A stretch of 64,000 bases of DNA from Selaginella moellendorffii (Eukaryota; Plantae; Lycopodiophyta), in assembly GCF_000143415.4 (NCBI RefSeq), contig NW_003314342.1:810319-874318 (forward strand), given 5' to 3'. Below the pieces are notes generated by a model, which was given only the letters and a program-made list of their open reading frames with translations, made no database searches and was not told the DNA's origin. The translations under genes were made by a program, and so were the position numbers. Of this stretch, positions 11,201 through 23,201 are shown one piece after another. Numbering within the stretch: position 1 is the first letter of the stretch; each line of letters opens with the position of its first letter.

Positions 11201-11960
11201 CTATAACAACTCTGTTCACTCCTCTCTTCGAGTTTCCCCCTTCTTTGCGAACTCTGGCCGAAATCCCCGATTCAATCTCTCACTTCCTTCTCCATCTGAA
11301 TCCTCTCGTTCAAATCCCCGCTCTGAGGCATTTATCTCCAACCTCCAGGAAATCCACAACTCCATCTCCTTCCACCTCCATCGTGCTCAGGAATCTCATA
11401 AAACATTTGCAAATGTCCATCGTCAGGATTGTCCCCCTTACAATATCGGGGATAAAGTCTGGCTCCTCAGGCGAAATATCTCCACTACCAGGCCCTGTCC
11501 AAAACTCGATTTCAAACGCCTTGGTCCTTTCCCTATCACTGCCATCATTAATCCTGTCACTTATCGCCTTGCACTTCCCTCCTCATATCAAATTCACCCC
11601 GTTTTTCACTCCTCTCTCCTTGAGCCTTATATTCCCAGTCCTATTCCAAATCGGGTCATTCCTCCGCCTCTACCGGTACAGCTCGAGGATGGGTCTGAGT
11701 ACGAGGTTCAGGACATCCTTGATTCCAAGATTTCATGGTCTAAACTCTACTATCTGGTGGACTGGAAGGGTTACGGACCTGAGGAATGCACTTGGGAACC
11801 TGCGGACAACCTGATTCATTCTCTTGACCTTGTTCAGGACTTCCACCGCCGCTATCCTTCTCATCCCAGTCCTCATTCTTTTTCTCCATCTCCCATCCCT
11901 TGCTGTTCATCTCATCCTCCTCTTCGTTCTCGTTCACATCCTCGTTCCACTCGTTCTTGA
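8202..11960 (+). pseudogene. pol: pol (aspartic protease, RT, RNase H, integrase, chromodomain) in the -1 frame, four premature stops
   Basis: Motifs ALLDSGA, YLDDILI, EADASD...HDKELLAI, HHCC, GPF, and chromodomain YEVQDILDS..YLVDWKGY..TWEP. In-frame stops at 8538, 8643, 9372 and 11118. Confidence 0.95.
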
Positions 11961-13559
11961 GGAGGGGGTGCTGTCAGGAATCCCCCAATTCTTGCCACAT
12001 TCCTAACTCTTGCCGGATTCCTGACCTGCAGACCACATTCCTGACTCTCGAGACACTTCCCTATTCCTGACTCTCGAGACACTTCCCGATTCCTGAGTCT
12101 CGAGCCACATTCCTGATGATGATGTGGCGCCTCCTCAACCTCAGCTATATTTAGGCCGTCCTCGATCCAATAGTGGTGGAGCTTCATCAACCTATAGTAT
12201 ATATAGGTTAGCCTTGTTCCATTTCTCCACAATCTGAATCAACGCCAGTCTAAGGCCTTTTCTTTGTTTCCACTAGCTTTTCTCTTTTTGTCTTTTTGCA
12301 TTTCCCAGTCTTGATCTTGTCAGGGGTCTTGACATCTCTCTCCCCTTAAGCCAACTGGAAAAGGGGCAATTGCTTGATGAGAGAGCCCTTAGTGGCTATT
12401 TCATCCCCATTTATCCCCCAAGGTTCCAAGGATCCACGGTGACAGTATATCCAAATCTCATCCCATGATCATATGGGCTACACTCACCCCCTAGCTTTTC
12501 TCTTTTTGTCTTTTTGCATTTTCCAGTCTTGATCTTGTCAGGGGTCTTGACATCTCTCTCCCCTTAAGCCAACTGGAAAAGGGGCAATTGCTTGATGAGA
12601 GAGCCCTTAGTGGCTATTTCATCCCCATTTATCCCCCAAGGTTCCAAGGATCCACGGTGATAGTATATCCAAATCTCATCCCATGATCATATGGGCTACA
12701 CTCACCCCCCCTTCAGAGATGTCAATGCCAAGGGGAACCAGCACCTCCATTTCCGCACTTAATCTACCAATCCTTCCATTGTGTAAACTAGCTATTCCAT
12801 GTGAGGCAACTAGTCATCCACCCGTGTCAATGCCAAGGGGAACCAGCACCTCCATTTCCGCACTTAATCTACCAATCCTTCCATTGTGTAAACTAGCTAT
12901 TCCATGTGAGGCAACTAGTCATCCACCCGTACCGCAGTCCCACGATGGATACCTTCGTCCGTGGATACTCCACACAAGAGGAAGGACGTACGCATGCTCA
13001 AGGGTATATTATACTTTTAAGTAGCCACTAATCAATGGGAATCGAACCCATGCCATTTACTCCGATACCAACTGTAGCGCACTTTATCTCTCTCCCCTTA
13101 AGCCAACTAGAAAAGGGGTAATTGCTTGATGAGAGAGCCCTTAGTGGCTATTTTATCCCGATTTATCCCCCAAGGTTCCAAGGATCCACGGTGACAGTAT
13201 ATCCAAATCTCATCCCATGAATGCACTCACCCCCCCAATTAATCTACCAATCCTTCCATTGTGTAAACTAGCTATTCCATGTGATCCATACCTTCGTCCG
13301 TGGATACTCCACACAAGAGGAAGGACGTACGTATGGATGCTCAATACATACGATTTTAAATTTAGGGGTAGGAATATACCTTGCTCAAGGGTATATTATA
13401 CTTTTAAGTAGCCACTAAGGTTCCAAGGATCCATGGTGACAGTATATCTAAATCTCATCCCATGATCACATGAGCTACACCAAAAGTAGAAGGAGTTGTA
13501 CCACGTGCCATAAATGCCACCATCAATTAAGTTTGATTGTTCAATTGTAAACACATAGC

Positions 13560-13970
13560 ATCAAGCAATTGTACCAACTACTACTCCAAAGTCAAAGGAG
13601 GAGATTGCTAATCTGCCATGAAGATGAACAAAAAAGAAAGAGTAAAAGAAGAGAAATGACAAAAAGCTAGAAGAAAATGGTAGATCTAGACAATGCAAAA
13701 AACTAGATCTAAACCAAAATCCTGAAAGGGAAGAAAAGAAAAAAGAAATGGAAAAAGCTAAATCTAGACAATGTAAAAGTTAGATCTAAACCAAAATCAT
13801 AAATCCAAACACTCCTCAGAGACAATCAAAAGTGCCCCTCAACTCCACCAATGTGAGTGCATGGAATATGGAAAGGGAATATAGAAAATGTGCATATCAA
13901 TTAACCCAAAAACCCTAGTTTATATATAGAAGTGAATGGTCCGGATTGAAATCAATCTGACGGCTATCAA
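13560..13970. repeat. Unclassified dispersed repeat (related shorter copies at ~31745-31870 and ~63045-63170)
   Basis: Shared blocks CTCCAAAGTCAAAGGAGGAG, AATGTGCAT..AATTA, CCCTAGTTTATATA and GGATTGAAATCAATC. Confidence 0.55.
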
Positions 13971-14586
13971 AATCCCACTATGCTGATATTAGTATACGGC
14001 ATCGTAGCCGTACACTTGGACCTCACAAACTCAATTAAAATTTTGGAAAGTGATTTTGATAATAAATAGAAAACAATGATTTTTGACATATAACTTAAAA
14101 ATAAACAACACATGTTTGACATTTAACATTGCTCCAACTTTGGAATCCAGTCAATATTTATTTTTATAAAACATAATATTTTATTCACATAACAGGAATA
14201 AGATGTATGGATTGAAATAATAGCTTAACATATTATCTACTTTTAAATGAAACTTAAAAACGTTTTAATATTTAATAAAATATTTATTTTGAAATTATTA
14301 TTATTTCAGCAATATGAAATATGCATGCGTAATATGTTACAATTTTTAAATTTTGAATTAAGTGAAATAAACACCTAAAAGGTATAATTATACTTTATCT
14401 CGGTGATACCTTCAATATTTTTAGGGTTCTTCCGAAGATCAGTTGGCAATTCCAAAGATATTACACACTGGATCCTTGTCTGGACGCGCTTCAACCTCCG
14501 CGGGTTCTCCTATTCTCGGATTTGTCTGCGCATGAGGCCTAGATAAACTTGCCGAGCTCGCATTCTTTCCAGGTAAACATTCAAAG

Positions 14587-15810
14587 ATGGTGTTCTTTGC
14601 GAGATTTCTAGCTCTAGCATGTCTTGTAGTGATTGCTGTGGCCGATCCAGCGGCACCTCCTCCAGGAAATTAGTAAGCATCAATGCTTCCTCATTGCTTC
14701 TTTATGTTTATGTTGATCGTAGGAGTTTTTTTTCTTTCGAATGCTAAACTTTGTCTCTCTGGGTGGATTCCAGCGCGCACCTCCGCGTGAGAGGCCGTGG
14801 CAAGCAGCTCTACGCTTGCAATGCTGCGTCCAAGGCCTGGGAGTTCGACGTTGCTTGGGCGGATTTGTTCTACACCTCGGACAAGAACTATACGCGGCGA
14901 ATTGGAGTCCACTATTTCCTCCAGTTTCCAGATGCCAACGGTGGACGACCGTCCTGGTCGCTGTTTAGAAGTCCTGGAGATCCAGACTCTGCGACTCCAT
15001 CGCTCACAGTCACAGGTACCTTGTCGCTTGTTCTATCTTTTGCAGTGGTTTGTGGTTTTTATATGTTTTTTCTTTCGTTGTTTTCTGCCAGGCAAAGTGC
15101 TGGACAAAACTCCATCAGCTGGAAACATCGATGCACTGCTCCTCCAAGTTACTTCTTTCAGTGGACGCACAGGCATTTCTTATATCCAGCGATATCCAGT
15201 GAGTGGAGGAGTGGCTCCTGCGGCCAACCTTTGCACCAAAGCGGGAGACACTCTAGCCGTGGACTACGAGAGCGAGTACGCATTCTTCTCCCAGCTCAAG
15301 AGGCCTGCCGCTTCGGGCCTTTCAAACGCAACAAGCAACAGTACCAAGGTCGTGGCATCCTACTTTGGCGAGGGATTCCAGCTCTACACTTACGAGAATT
15401 CTTCCTGGGTTCTAAAGGGAGCCTCGGCCTCCCTGAGCTCTGTTCCCGGACGAGAGATTGTTGGGAGTCACTATTTCCTTTATCAAGCTGATGCGAGCGG
15501 CGGACAGCCGACTTGGACCATCTACTCTCCGACTTACAGTCGTGTGACTGGCAAAGTGACCGAGAAAGTTTCAAACGACAACTCGAGTGTTCCGGTGCTT
15601 CGTCTAGAGAGGACCAGCAGCAGCGGAGAGCCGTAAGTTTTCTATCTGCGAGTTGAGATTCTAAGAGTTTCCACTTTCAGGGAAGGAATAGCGCGTGCAA
15701 CGAGGATCGAGCGGTTGTCCCCGCGTGGAGGTCTGCCACCCACCAATCCTGGCAAAAATGGTGAAAGATTCAGATCGCCATACACATCAATCTACTGGTT
15801 CTATGCGTGA
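14587..15810 (+). CDS. Secreted protein with two tandem DUF3455 domains (exons 14587-14672, 14774-15015, 15092-15632, 15681-15810)
   Basis: Hydrophobic signal peptide MVFFARFLALACLVVIAVA. GT-AG introns keep the frame. Each domain has GxGxQLYxC-like, GxHYF, GGxPxW, IxR..xGGxxP and Y...YxF motifs typical of DUF3455. Confidence 0.85.
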
Positions 15811-15920
15811 GAGGGCACTTGACAGGTTTCACTGACAGAAGAAATAAGACCTTACTGTGTTGTTCCATTCGATTTTTCTAATCCAAACTTGCGTTTCACA
15901 TTCACAAAGATGGTGCCGAG

Positions 15921-17930
15921 CTAGCTCGACGAGAACTTCCTCATGGAAGACGAGCTAGAGAGCACGTACGAAGCAGAGACCTCGGGCTCCAGTTGGAGCG
16001 TCCTCTCGGCGGCAACCGAGGCCTGCCGCTCGCTCCCGTCGCAAACCTTGTTGCTCGAGTCGAGCAGGATCGTCCAAGGCACGGGACCCGGCTCAAACGG
16101 CATGACATCGACGAGCTCCTGCGCTAGCTGAAGCTGCCCCGACCGTCCCAGCAGATCCACCACGCACACAAAGTGATCCACGCTCGGCCTCAAACCAAAG
16201 TCCTCCTGCATGCTCCGGAAGAGCTCGAGTCCTCTACTCAGCATTCCAGCATGGCTACAGACTGAGAGCACGCTCACAAACACGATTTCGTCCGCCGCAG
16301 CGCCGCCCTCCAACAGCATGAGCTCGAAAGTCCGGATGGCCGCCTGGGACTCGCCAGCTTGAGAGTAGGCCGAGACCATGGCGTCGTAAGAAGCTACGTC
16401 CCTCTGGAGTGGAGGAATTTGCCGGAAGACAGCCTCGGCACTGGGCAGTGATCCACACTTCGTGAACATCTGGACGAGAGCAGTGTCAAGCTTCTGAGAG
16501 TGGAGCCTCGCCTGGATGATCTCCTCGTGGACAAGCTTGGCTTCTCCGAGAGAAGTGACCCCATTGACGAGGCCGACGAAGGTGACATGGTTGGCTTCCA
16601 CGCCTTCCAAGTCCATTCCAGCGAGAGCTTGGATGGCCTCGCGGCAGTGGTGGTTCTCTCCAAAGGCCGTGATCATCGCAGTCCAGCAAACAGCGTCGCG
16701 GAGGCTCGCTCGGGTTTGATCGAAGACTGTGACGGCGTCCACCAGGCTGCGGCATTTCCCATACATGCTCACCAGCGAGACCTGGATGCGTTGGTCGCGG
16801 TCGAGGCCTCGATTGATGATCTCGGCGTGGAGCGCTCGTCCGGTTTCGAGCTCGCCAGCATCAGCGCAGGCTCCCAGCGCTGCGATGAAAGTTATCTCGT
16901 TTGGTTTGATCCTCTCGAGCTGCATGGTTTTCAGCAGCTCCAGAGCTCGGTGAGGATGGCCATTGAGATTAAACGCCGAGAGCATCGAGTTCCAAGTGAC
17001 GATGTTTCGTCTCTTTGCGGGCATGGAATCAAACACTTGCTTTGCACGAAATGCTTCCCCGTTTTGGGCATATGCAGTGATCATAGCATTCCAAGCCATT
17101 TCATCCTTGTCAAGGATTACATCAAAGATCTTCCTTGCGTTTTCGACAAGACCATTGTGAGAAAACGCTTGCAGCATTGTAGTTTGAGCGACTACGTCCT
17201 TCTCAGGCATGAGAGCAAACATCCTCTCCGCATTTGCAATTTCTCCGGCTTTGGCATACGCAGTGATCATCGCAGTGTAGACGTGAATGTTTGGTTTCTC
17301 CATCGCATCAAACAAACGCTTCGCTTCTTCCAGCCGGTTGTGCGCTGCGTAAGACGATATCAGAGCACCCCAAGAAACCGGATTTCTTTCAGGCATCCTA
17401 TCAAACAACTCTTTCGCACGATCAAATTCCCCTTTCTGGGCAAGTGCGGTAAGCATCACAGTCCATGCCACTACATTCTTCTCGGGCATTCGATCAAACA
17501 GTTCCTGGGCTTGATCCAGGTTCCCATCAGCGGCGTAGCGTTTTATCATCACGACCCATGAGACCGGATCTCTCTTGGGCATCGCTTCGAACCACGCTCG
17601 AGCGTCGTCCAAGGTTCCATTCTGGGCAATTGCCGAGAGCATGATCGTCCACGAGAAGACATTGGGTCGGCGGATGCGATCGAAGGCCAATCTGGCCCTT
17701 TCCATGTCCCCGCATCTCCCGTAGCTCTGGACGACGAGATTGGCAAGGAAAACATTCGTGCTATGGCGACTGCTCAAGACCCTGTCGTGAATCTCGTGAA
17801 TTTCATTCACCCGGTGGGATTGCGCGGCAGATCGTAGCAGCCCAGCAAAGAAAGAAACCTCTCCCCGATCACCTCTCAAGTCACCACAAGAGACCTTTAG
17901 TGGAAAGGAAGCACAAAGAGAGAAGATCAT
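15921..17930 (-). CDS. PLS-class pentatricopeptide repeat protein with C-terminal E-type domain (organellar RNA editing factor-like)
   Basis: Intact 669-aa ORF with many PPR motifs (AxxLFDxMPExNVVxW). C-terminal HFVCVVDLLGRSG..MPFEPGPVPW; no DYW domain. Confidence 0.93.
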   Translation of the reverse strand: MIFSLCASFPLKVSCGDLRGDRGEVSFFAGLLRSAAQSHRVNEIHEIHDRVLSSRHSTNVFLANLVVQSYGRCGDMERARLAFDRIRRPNVFSWTIMLSAIAQNGTLDDARAWFEAMPKRDPVSWVVMIKRYAADGNLDQAQELFDRMPEKNVVAWTVMLTALAQKGEFDRAKELFDRMPERNPVSWGALISSYAAHNRLEEAKRLFDAMEKPNIHVYTAMITAYAKAGEIANAERMFALMPEKDVVAQTTMLQAFSHNGLVENARKIFDVILDKDEMAWNAMITAYAQNGEAFRAKQVFDSMPAKRRNIVTWNSMLSAFNLNGHPHRALELLKTMQLERIKPNEITFIAALGACADAGELETGRALHAEIINRGLDRDQRIQVSLVSMYGKCRSLVDAVTVFDQTRASLRDAVCWTAMITAFGENHHCREAIQALAGMDLEGVEANHVTFVGLVNGVTSLGEAKLVHEEIIQARLHSQKLDTALVQMFTKCGSLPSAEAVFRQIPPLQRDVASYDAMVSAYSQAGESQAAIRTFELMLLEGGAAADEIVFVSVLSVCSHAGMLSRGLELFRSMQEDFGLRPSVDHFVCVVDLLGRSGQLQLAQELVDVMPFEPGPVPWTILLDSSNKVCDGSERQASVAAERTLQLEPEVSASYVLSSSSSMRKFSSS

Positions 17931-17982
17931 ACATAGCTACCTTTTGTGAAACTGAGTTCCAAGAATTAGGGTTTGAAAGGGT

Positions 17983-18540
17983 TTAGCAAAGGATTAGATG
18001 TAGAACTCCCAATGAAAGTGGAGAAGATTTTATTCTCTTCCAACACCAACAATCTAGAGTATGAAGTACTTGGGGAAAAGGAGCAAGATGGAGAGTGGAT
18101 GTTTTTGGGTAAAACAATTCAAGCTCACTAAGCTGTGATTCATCTTTGTCAAACCTCTCTCTGGATTTGAGGTATCTACCATTGTGAGTTTCTATGGTAA
18201 AGACAATGCTAAAAAGCCTGTGGAGTTGAAATACATCAACCTTCTGGACTATGAAAAGCCTTTTAAAGTCGGCCAGCTTTCCAAGATACTCGTCCTTGGA
18301 AAGTAGGACGACTTTAAATTGCAATTGTTCCATCCAATCTCCCGTATTACAATTCTGGTTAGACCATCCCTGCCGGTGGTTGTTGACGATGACCAGGACA
18401 AGCCCAACCCTAAAACGCGAGAGTTGACCATCAGATAATTAGAACGAGGGGAAATGCTAAGGCCTCAATGCAAGCTGATAGTTTTTTAAAGGACTTCCAC
18501 TTGTCACTTAGAGCGTGAGGAATATGATCTCCAGCAGATA
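17983..18540 (+). pseudogene. Pseudogene of the orphan gene family intact at 36668 and 52116
   Basis: Clear DNA similarity (ATGAAAGTGGAGAAGATTTTATTCTCTTCCAACACC...) with a lost ATG, deletions and frameshifts. Confidence 0.85.
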
Positions 18541-18855
18541 GGATTTAACTGTAATATCTGATTTTAAATTTTTTTAGAGCTTTAACAGTTTTTACAAAGA
18601 GTTAATTTTGTTTTTTTAGTGCAATAGGACAAAACAAATATGTGGCTATTAGGCTTCAAGCCACAACGTAGAATTCTCACCACTAAATATTACCCCAATA
18701 TGTCCATCTTTTGGACTGTATGGTTCGTATTTCCAATCATACAAATAATGAAAGACAAGACGTAGAGGAAAGAACAATGTCCAATTCAGCCCATAAGTGC
18801 TGGTACATCAAATGATCCATCAAAACTTCCTCTTTGAAAAGTTTCTTCTTTTTTC

Positions 18856-20341
18856 ATGGGCTCTCTCTCGAAATTTCAAGTTGTTCTTATCCCAGTTCCA
18901 GCACAGGGACATGTCGTTCCAATCATCTATCTCGCCCGGAAGCTCGCGCTCCTCGGAGTCACTGTGACCATCATCAACGTTGATAGCATCCACGAAACCT
19001 TGCAGCAATCCTGGAAGAGCGAGGACAATCCTGTGAGTAATGGCCACGACATTCGCCTCGAGTCCATCTCTATGGACTTGCGAGTTCCCAATGGCTTCGA
19101 CGAGAAGAACTTCGACGCGCAGGCCGCCTTCTGCGAGGCCATCTTCCGAATGGAGGATCCACTCGCGGAGCTCTTGTCCCGGATCGATCGAGACGGCCCC
19201 AGAGTCGCGTGTGTCGTCTCGGACTTTTACCATCTCAGTGCTCCACACGCTGCAAAGAAGGCTGGATTGGCTGGAGCGAGCTTTTGGCCGGGAAACGCTG
19301 CTTGGGCTGCCATAGAATTCCACGTTCCAAAGCTCCTGGAGATGGGAGACGTTCCTGTCAAAGGTGAAGCTTTGATTGATCTAGAAGTGTGTTCTAAGAA
19401 AACTTGGGATTTCTATGGTGCCAGCGGGAGATGAAAAGCTGATTTCTTACATCCCTGGAATGGAGATAAGATCGCAAGACATTCCAGTCTTCATGCACGA
19501 CGGAGAATTCCAGAAGAACGGGGAAGAACTATCACTGTATCGCTCCAAGAGGATCGCACTGGATTCTTGGTTTCTGATAAACTCTGTCCACGACATCGAG
19601 CCGCGAATTTTCGAAGCGATGAGGGAAGGATTCGGGGAGAATTTCGTGCCGGTTGGACCATTGTTTCCTCTCAAGGGAGAGGGGATCGATTCGACTGGAT
19701 TGCAAGAGGTAAACCTGAGAACTCCGGATGAATCTTGTCTTCCATGGCTAGACAAGCGTGATCGTGGTTCGGTCCTCTATGTTTCGTTTGGAAGCATCTC
19801 CTTCATGACTGCCAAGCAATTCGAGGAGATCGCGCTGGGATTGGAGGCAAGCAAGGTTTCTTTTCTCTGGGTGATACGATCAAACTCTGTTCTTGGCATG
19901 GACGAGGAGTTCTACAAAGGTTTCGTGAGCAGGACTGGCGGGAGAGGATTGTTCGTGAGATGGGCGCCGCAGCTAGAGATCTTGCAGCACGAATCAACAG
20001 GGGCTTTTCTCACTCACTGCGGATGGAACTCCATGCTCGAGAGCTTGGCGTGTGGAGTGCCAATGCTGGGGTGGCCATCTATGTTTGAGCAAAACACGAA
20101 TGCCAAGCTGGTGCTGGAAGGCGAGGGCGTGGGAGTGGCATTCTCGAGATCTGGAGGGAAGGATGGATTTGCGCCGAGAGAAGAGGTGGAAGAGAAAGTG
20201 AGGGCGATCATGGAGGGAGAGCAAGGCAGGAGATTGAAAGCCAGGGCGATGGAGATTCGAGAATTGGCTGTCAAGGCTGCTTCTCCCGGAGGTTCTTCTC
20301 ACACGAACCTCAAGAAATTCGTGGAGAGCCTTGCCTGGTAA
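18856..20341 (+). CDS. Family-1 UDP-glycosyltransferase (exons 18856-19363 and 19425-20341; 474 aa)
   Basis: N-terminal PAQGH catalytic His, VSDF Asp, and PSPG box WAPQLEILQH...HCGWNS...FEQ. A 61-bp GT-AG intron restores the frame. Confidence 0.95.
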
Positions 20342-20384
20342 AGAAGATCTTCGCGGGGATACCGATCAAAAACGCTGTCGCAGC

Positions 20385-21060
20385 AACGATCATGATCGTC
20401 GCCTATGGCCAAGAGGGCGACGGGGATTCCGCTAAGCAGGTTTTTGATCGTGCCTTGCCCAGAATCTCGTTTGCTGGAACGCGATGCTCACAGCATATGC
20501 GCAGAACGTGCATTTGCATTAATCGAAGCTTCTCTTGATACCATGCCCGAGAAAGATGTGATCTCTTGGACCGCAATGCTACAAAAACAATACCTAGTTT
20601 GATAGATGCCGAGAATGTTTTTGCAACTAAATGGAATTTAGCAACCTGGGGTCCCAAGCCAGGAATATGGAAAAGGCGAGGACACGATGCTAGAGAAAAA
20701 TCTAGTGTTGTGGAACTCTCTCATTGTAGGATTTGCTCACAATGGATCTATCGAGAAGGTGGAGAAGCTCTTTCTTGAGATGCCTGAGTGGGATCTCATG
20801 TCTGTGAATGCTCTAATCTCTACTCATGGCAATGTCAATTGAGTGCAAGTTATTTTGGGTTCCACTCCTTTGGTGAGCACCATGTTCTAGAACATGATCC
20901 TGGTGGCCTACAGTGACAACGATTGCATCATCGAGGCCAAGACCTCTTTGATTATGAGGAGGAGCAATGGAATCTCATGTTGTGGAACTCAATGATCTTG
21001 GCATTTGAGTGGCAATCATGATGTAGCCTAATAGCTATTCAATGTGATGCTCAAATGAGA
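20385..21060 (+). pseudogene. Degenerate PPR gene remnant
   Basis: Fragments such as MPEKDVISWTAML and LWNSLI interrupted by stops and frameshifts. Paralog at 54690-55370. Confidence 0.7.
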
Positions 21061-23201
21061 TATGGTATTTTGCAACTCAATCCTTACGCAATAGTATCCC
21101 ATAAAAGAGATTTAATACTGAAGAAAATAGCCCATAAATAAAAGTGCATCCAATCCCTTTAATTACTTATAATAACTTTGTTCTACATTATCATCAATTC
21201 CTTTTATGCCTCTTTTTATATTGGGATTGTGGGAAGAATATATTTAAGAAAACTTCCAAAGCCTCCAGCTTTAGAAATTCTAGATGACTATCATCTACAA
21301 AATAGATGTAATCAATCACAACACCATTTTATGGGTAATAGAGTTAAAATAGAATTTGTATTGCTAATGGAGTTTAAAATCAATACCCAAGAAACATATA
21401 ATAAATTTGCTCATTTACAAAGTTAGGTATGATGTTAGTGAAACTATCATACCTAAGCAAAATGTATCCTATATGCTTCCTATCATGAAACCTATCATGC
21501 ATGTTTTTGTAAAAAGTATAGCAAGTCCACATCATAACCTAGAAAATAAATAGTTTAGAAGGTTTATAAAATATAAAGTACCTACTTATTTTTCAGGCTT
21601 GCCTAATGCTGATACTAACAAGATCCATAATGCACCTAGAGAGAATGATTTAAAATGAACTTTCATTGCACACATTATAAACTTATATATTAAATTGGGG
21701 TTATTTAGCAGAAGGAAAATGATATGGCTAACTTCAAGTAGAAGAGTTTTTGACAAAAGGAATGTATCATGCATGTTGTCATTAGTTTAATTCTCAACTT
21801 TCCCATTAATATATAAAAAAACTATTTAAAAAGTTAAAGAGAATGAAGTATGAGCAAATTTTTTTATATCTTTCAACACAAATAGTTGAACTAGTGTTAT
21901 ATATCTATATTCATGTCATTTTCATGAAAGATGTCAACAATTTACTATACGAGCCACTAAAGACACCCATAATGCTTTGGTGTGTTATTGGGGAAACAAA
22001 GCAAATCTATAAAAGAGTTAACTGAATGAAAAAATAATAAATAAAATGCTATTATTATATAGTATATTATTAATGAGAGTTCCTCTAACTCCTCATCATG
22101 AGCATCTCGTCAAACATGAATGAAACTACTATAAAAAATCATTGCTATAAAACACATATGTCCCCTTTTGGTTTGTAACAGTAAGTTTTAAAATTGATAT
22201 AATATTTTTTGAACTTTTCAATTATTGTTATTTATTGGCAGAACTTATTCCAGATTTTAACCATTTAGTGGTGGAACTTCCTCATCCTCCTTTTCATCAT
22301 TATTGATATCACCATCATTACCAGCATTAATAACTTCTTCTTAGTTTAATGTAGAGGTCTCTTTCCCAAGGCATTCTAATTCCCAAACATAATCTATCTT
22401 TCATGCCTTTTAAAATCTTATAAATATTATTAGATATATTCTTCCATCCTTTATATCCTTTGCAACAAGTTAAGTGTAAATTGGTGTCTCAAATGGCACA
22501 CTTTTATATCGAAGAAGATAATATATTTAGGAAAGATCCTAGAAATTTTATTATACTTTTAAACTATATGTCATATGAAATAAAGCTAGCTATAGTGGCA
22601 ATCATAAGTTGTTTTACTTTTGGACTTATTTAGCAACCACCCCTTTGTGATCCCTTCCAAATATGCATTGACACATGTGTTGAAGAACATGAAAATGATA
22701 TTTAGATCATCATTAATGTGTAGTGTCAAAAACTTCTCATTTTCACCTATAATTTGTGTGATGTGAAAAGTTCTTCTCAACTACTTCTAGTACTCATTCC
22801 TATAATATACATTGTTTATAATGATTTATCATAAGATAACCATAAAGTGGAAACTTAACCCTTAGATATATATATGGAGTGGGATTTGAGTTTGAAGGCC
22901 TTGGGCCACTTAACAAAGGGACGAAGTCAAATTCCTAAGCATATAGCCAAAGAGCCAAAGAATTATAGCATAGAATAATTCTGAAATGTACAATCAAAGA
23001 ACAAAAGAACAAAAGTATAGAGCAACTTATAAGTGTACAACCAAGGAACTAAAGAACATGAATATGGAGTGATATATTTAAATAATCTATAAGCTCCTAA
23101 ATTTGAACTTCTCGAGAGGTCACATAGCCCATAGAGCAACTTATAAGCGTACAACCAAGGAACGAAAGAACATGAATATAGAGTGATATATTTGAATAAT
23201 T

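Larger units (their letters stand above)
6798..12334 (+). mobile_element. Full-length Ty3/gypsy chromovirus (probably Tcn1-like), inactivated by nonsense codons
   Basis: LTRs 6798-7158 and 11972-12334 (TGTCAGG...CTTGACA, ~4% diverged by eye). 5-bp TSD TCTCT at 6793-6797 and 12335-12339. PPT GAGGAGGGGG at ~11959. Domain order gag-PR-RT-RH-INT-chromo. Confidence 0.97.
6521..13479 (-). mobile_element. Tandem array of a small TRIM (~160-bp LTRs), interrupted by the chromovirus at 6798-12334
   Basis: Repeated LTR TGTA(A/G)CGCAC...GGGCTACA (plus-strand view). Reverse PBS CTCCGATACCA at 6708-6718 and 13060-13070. Reverse PPT CTCACCCCCCC at 12701-12712. Internal 105-bp tandem duplication at ~12720-12928. 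Confidence 0.75.

Noticed and set aside
16500-17561. 353-aa plus-strand ORF
   Set aside because: Antisense shadow of the GC-rich PPR gene, with no recognisable motifs.
21281-22160. ~880-bp AT-rich segment present in only one duplicated block (possible MITE/Helitron)
   Set aside because: No TIRs, TSD or Helitron CTRR end found; equally explained by a deletion in the other block.
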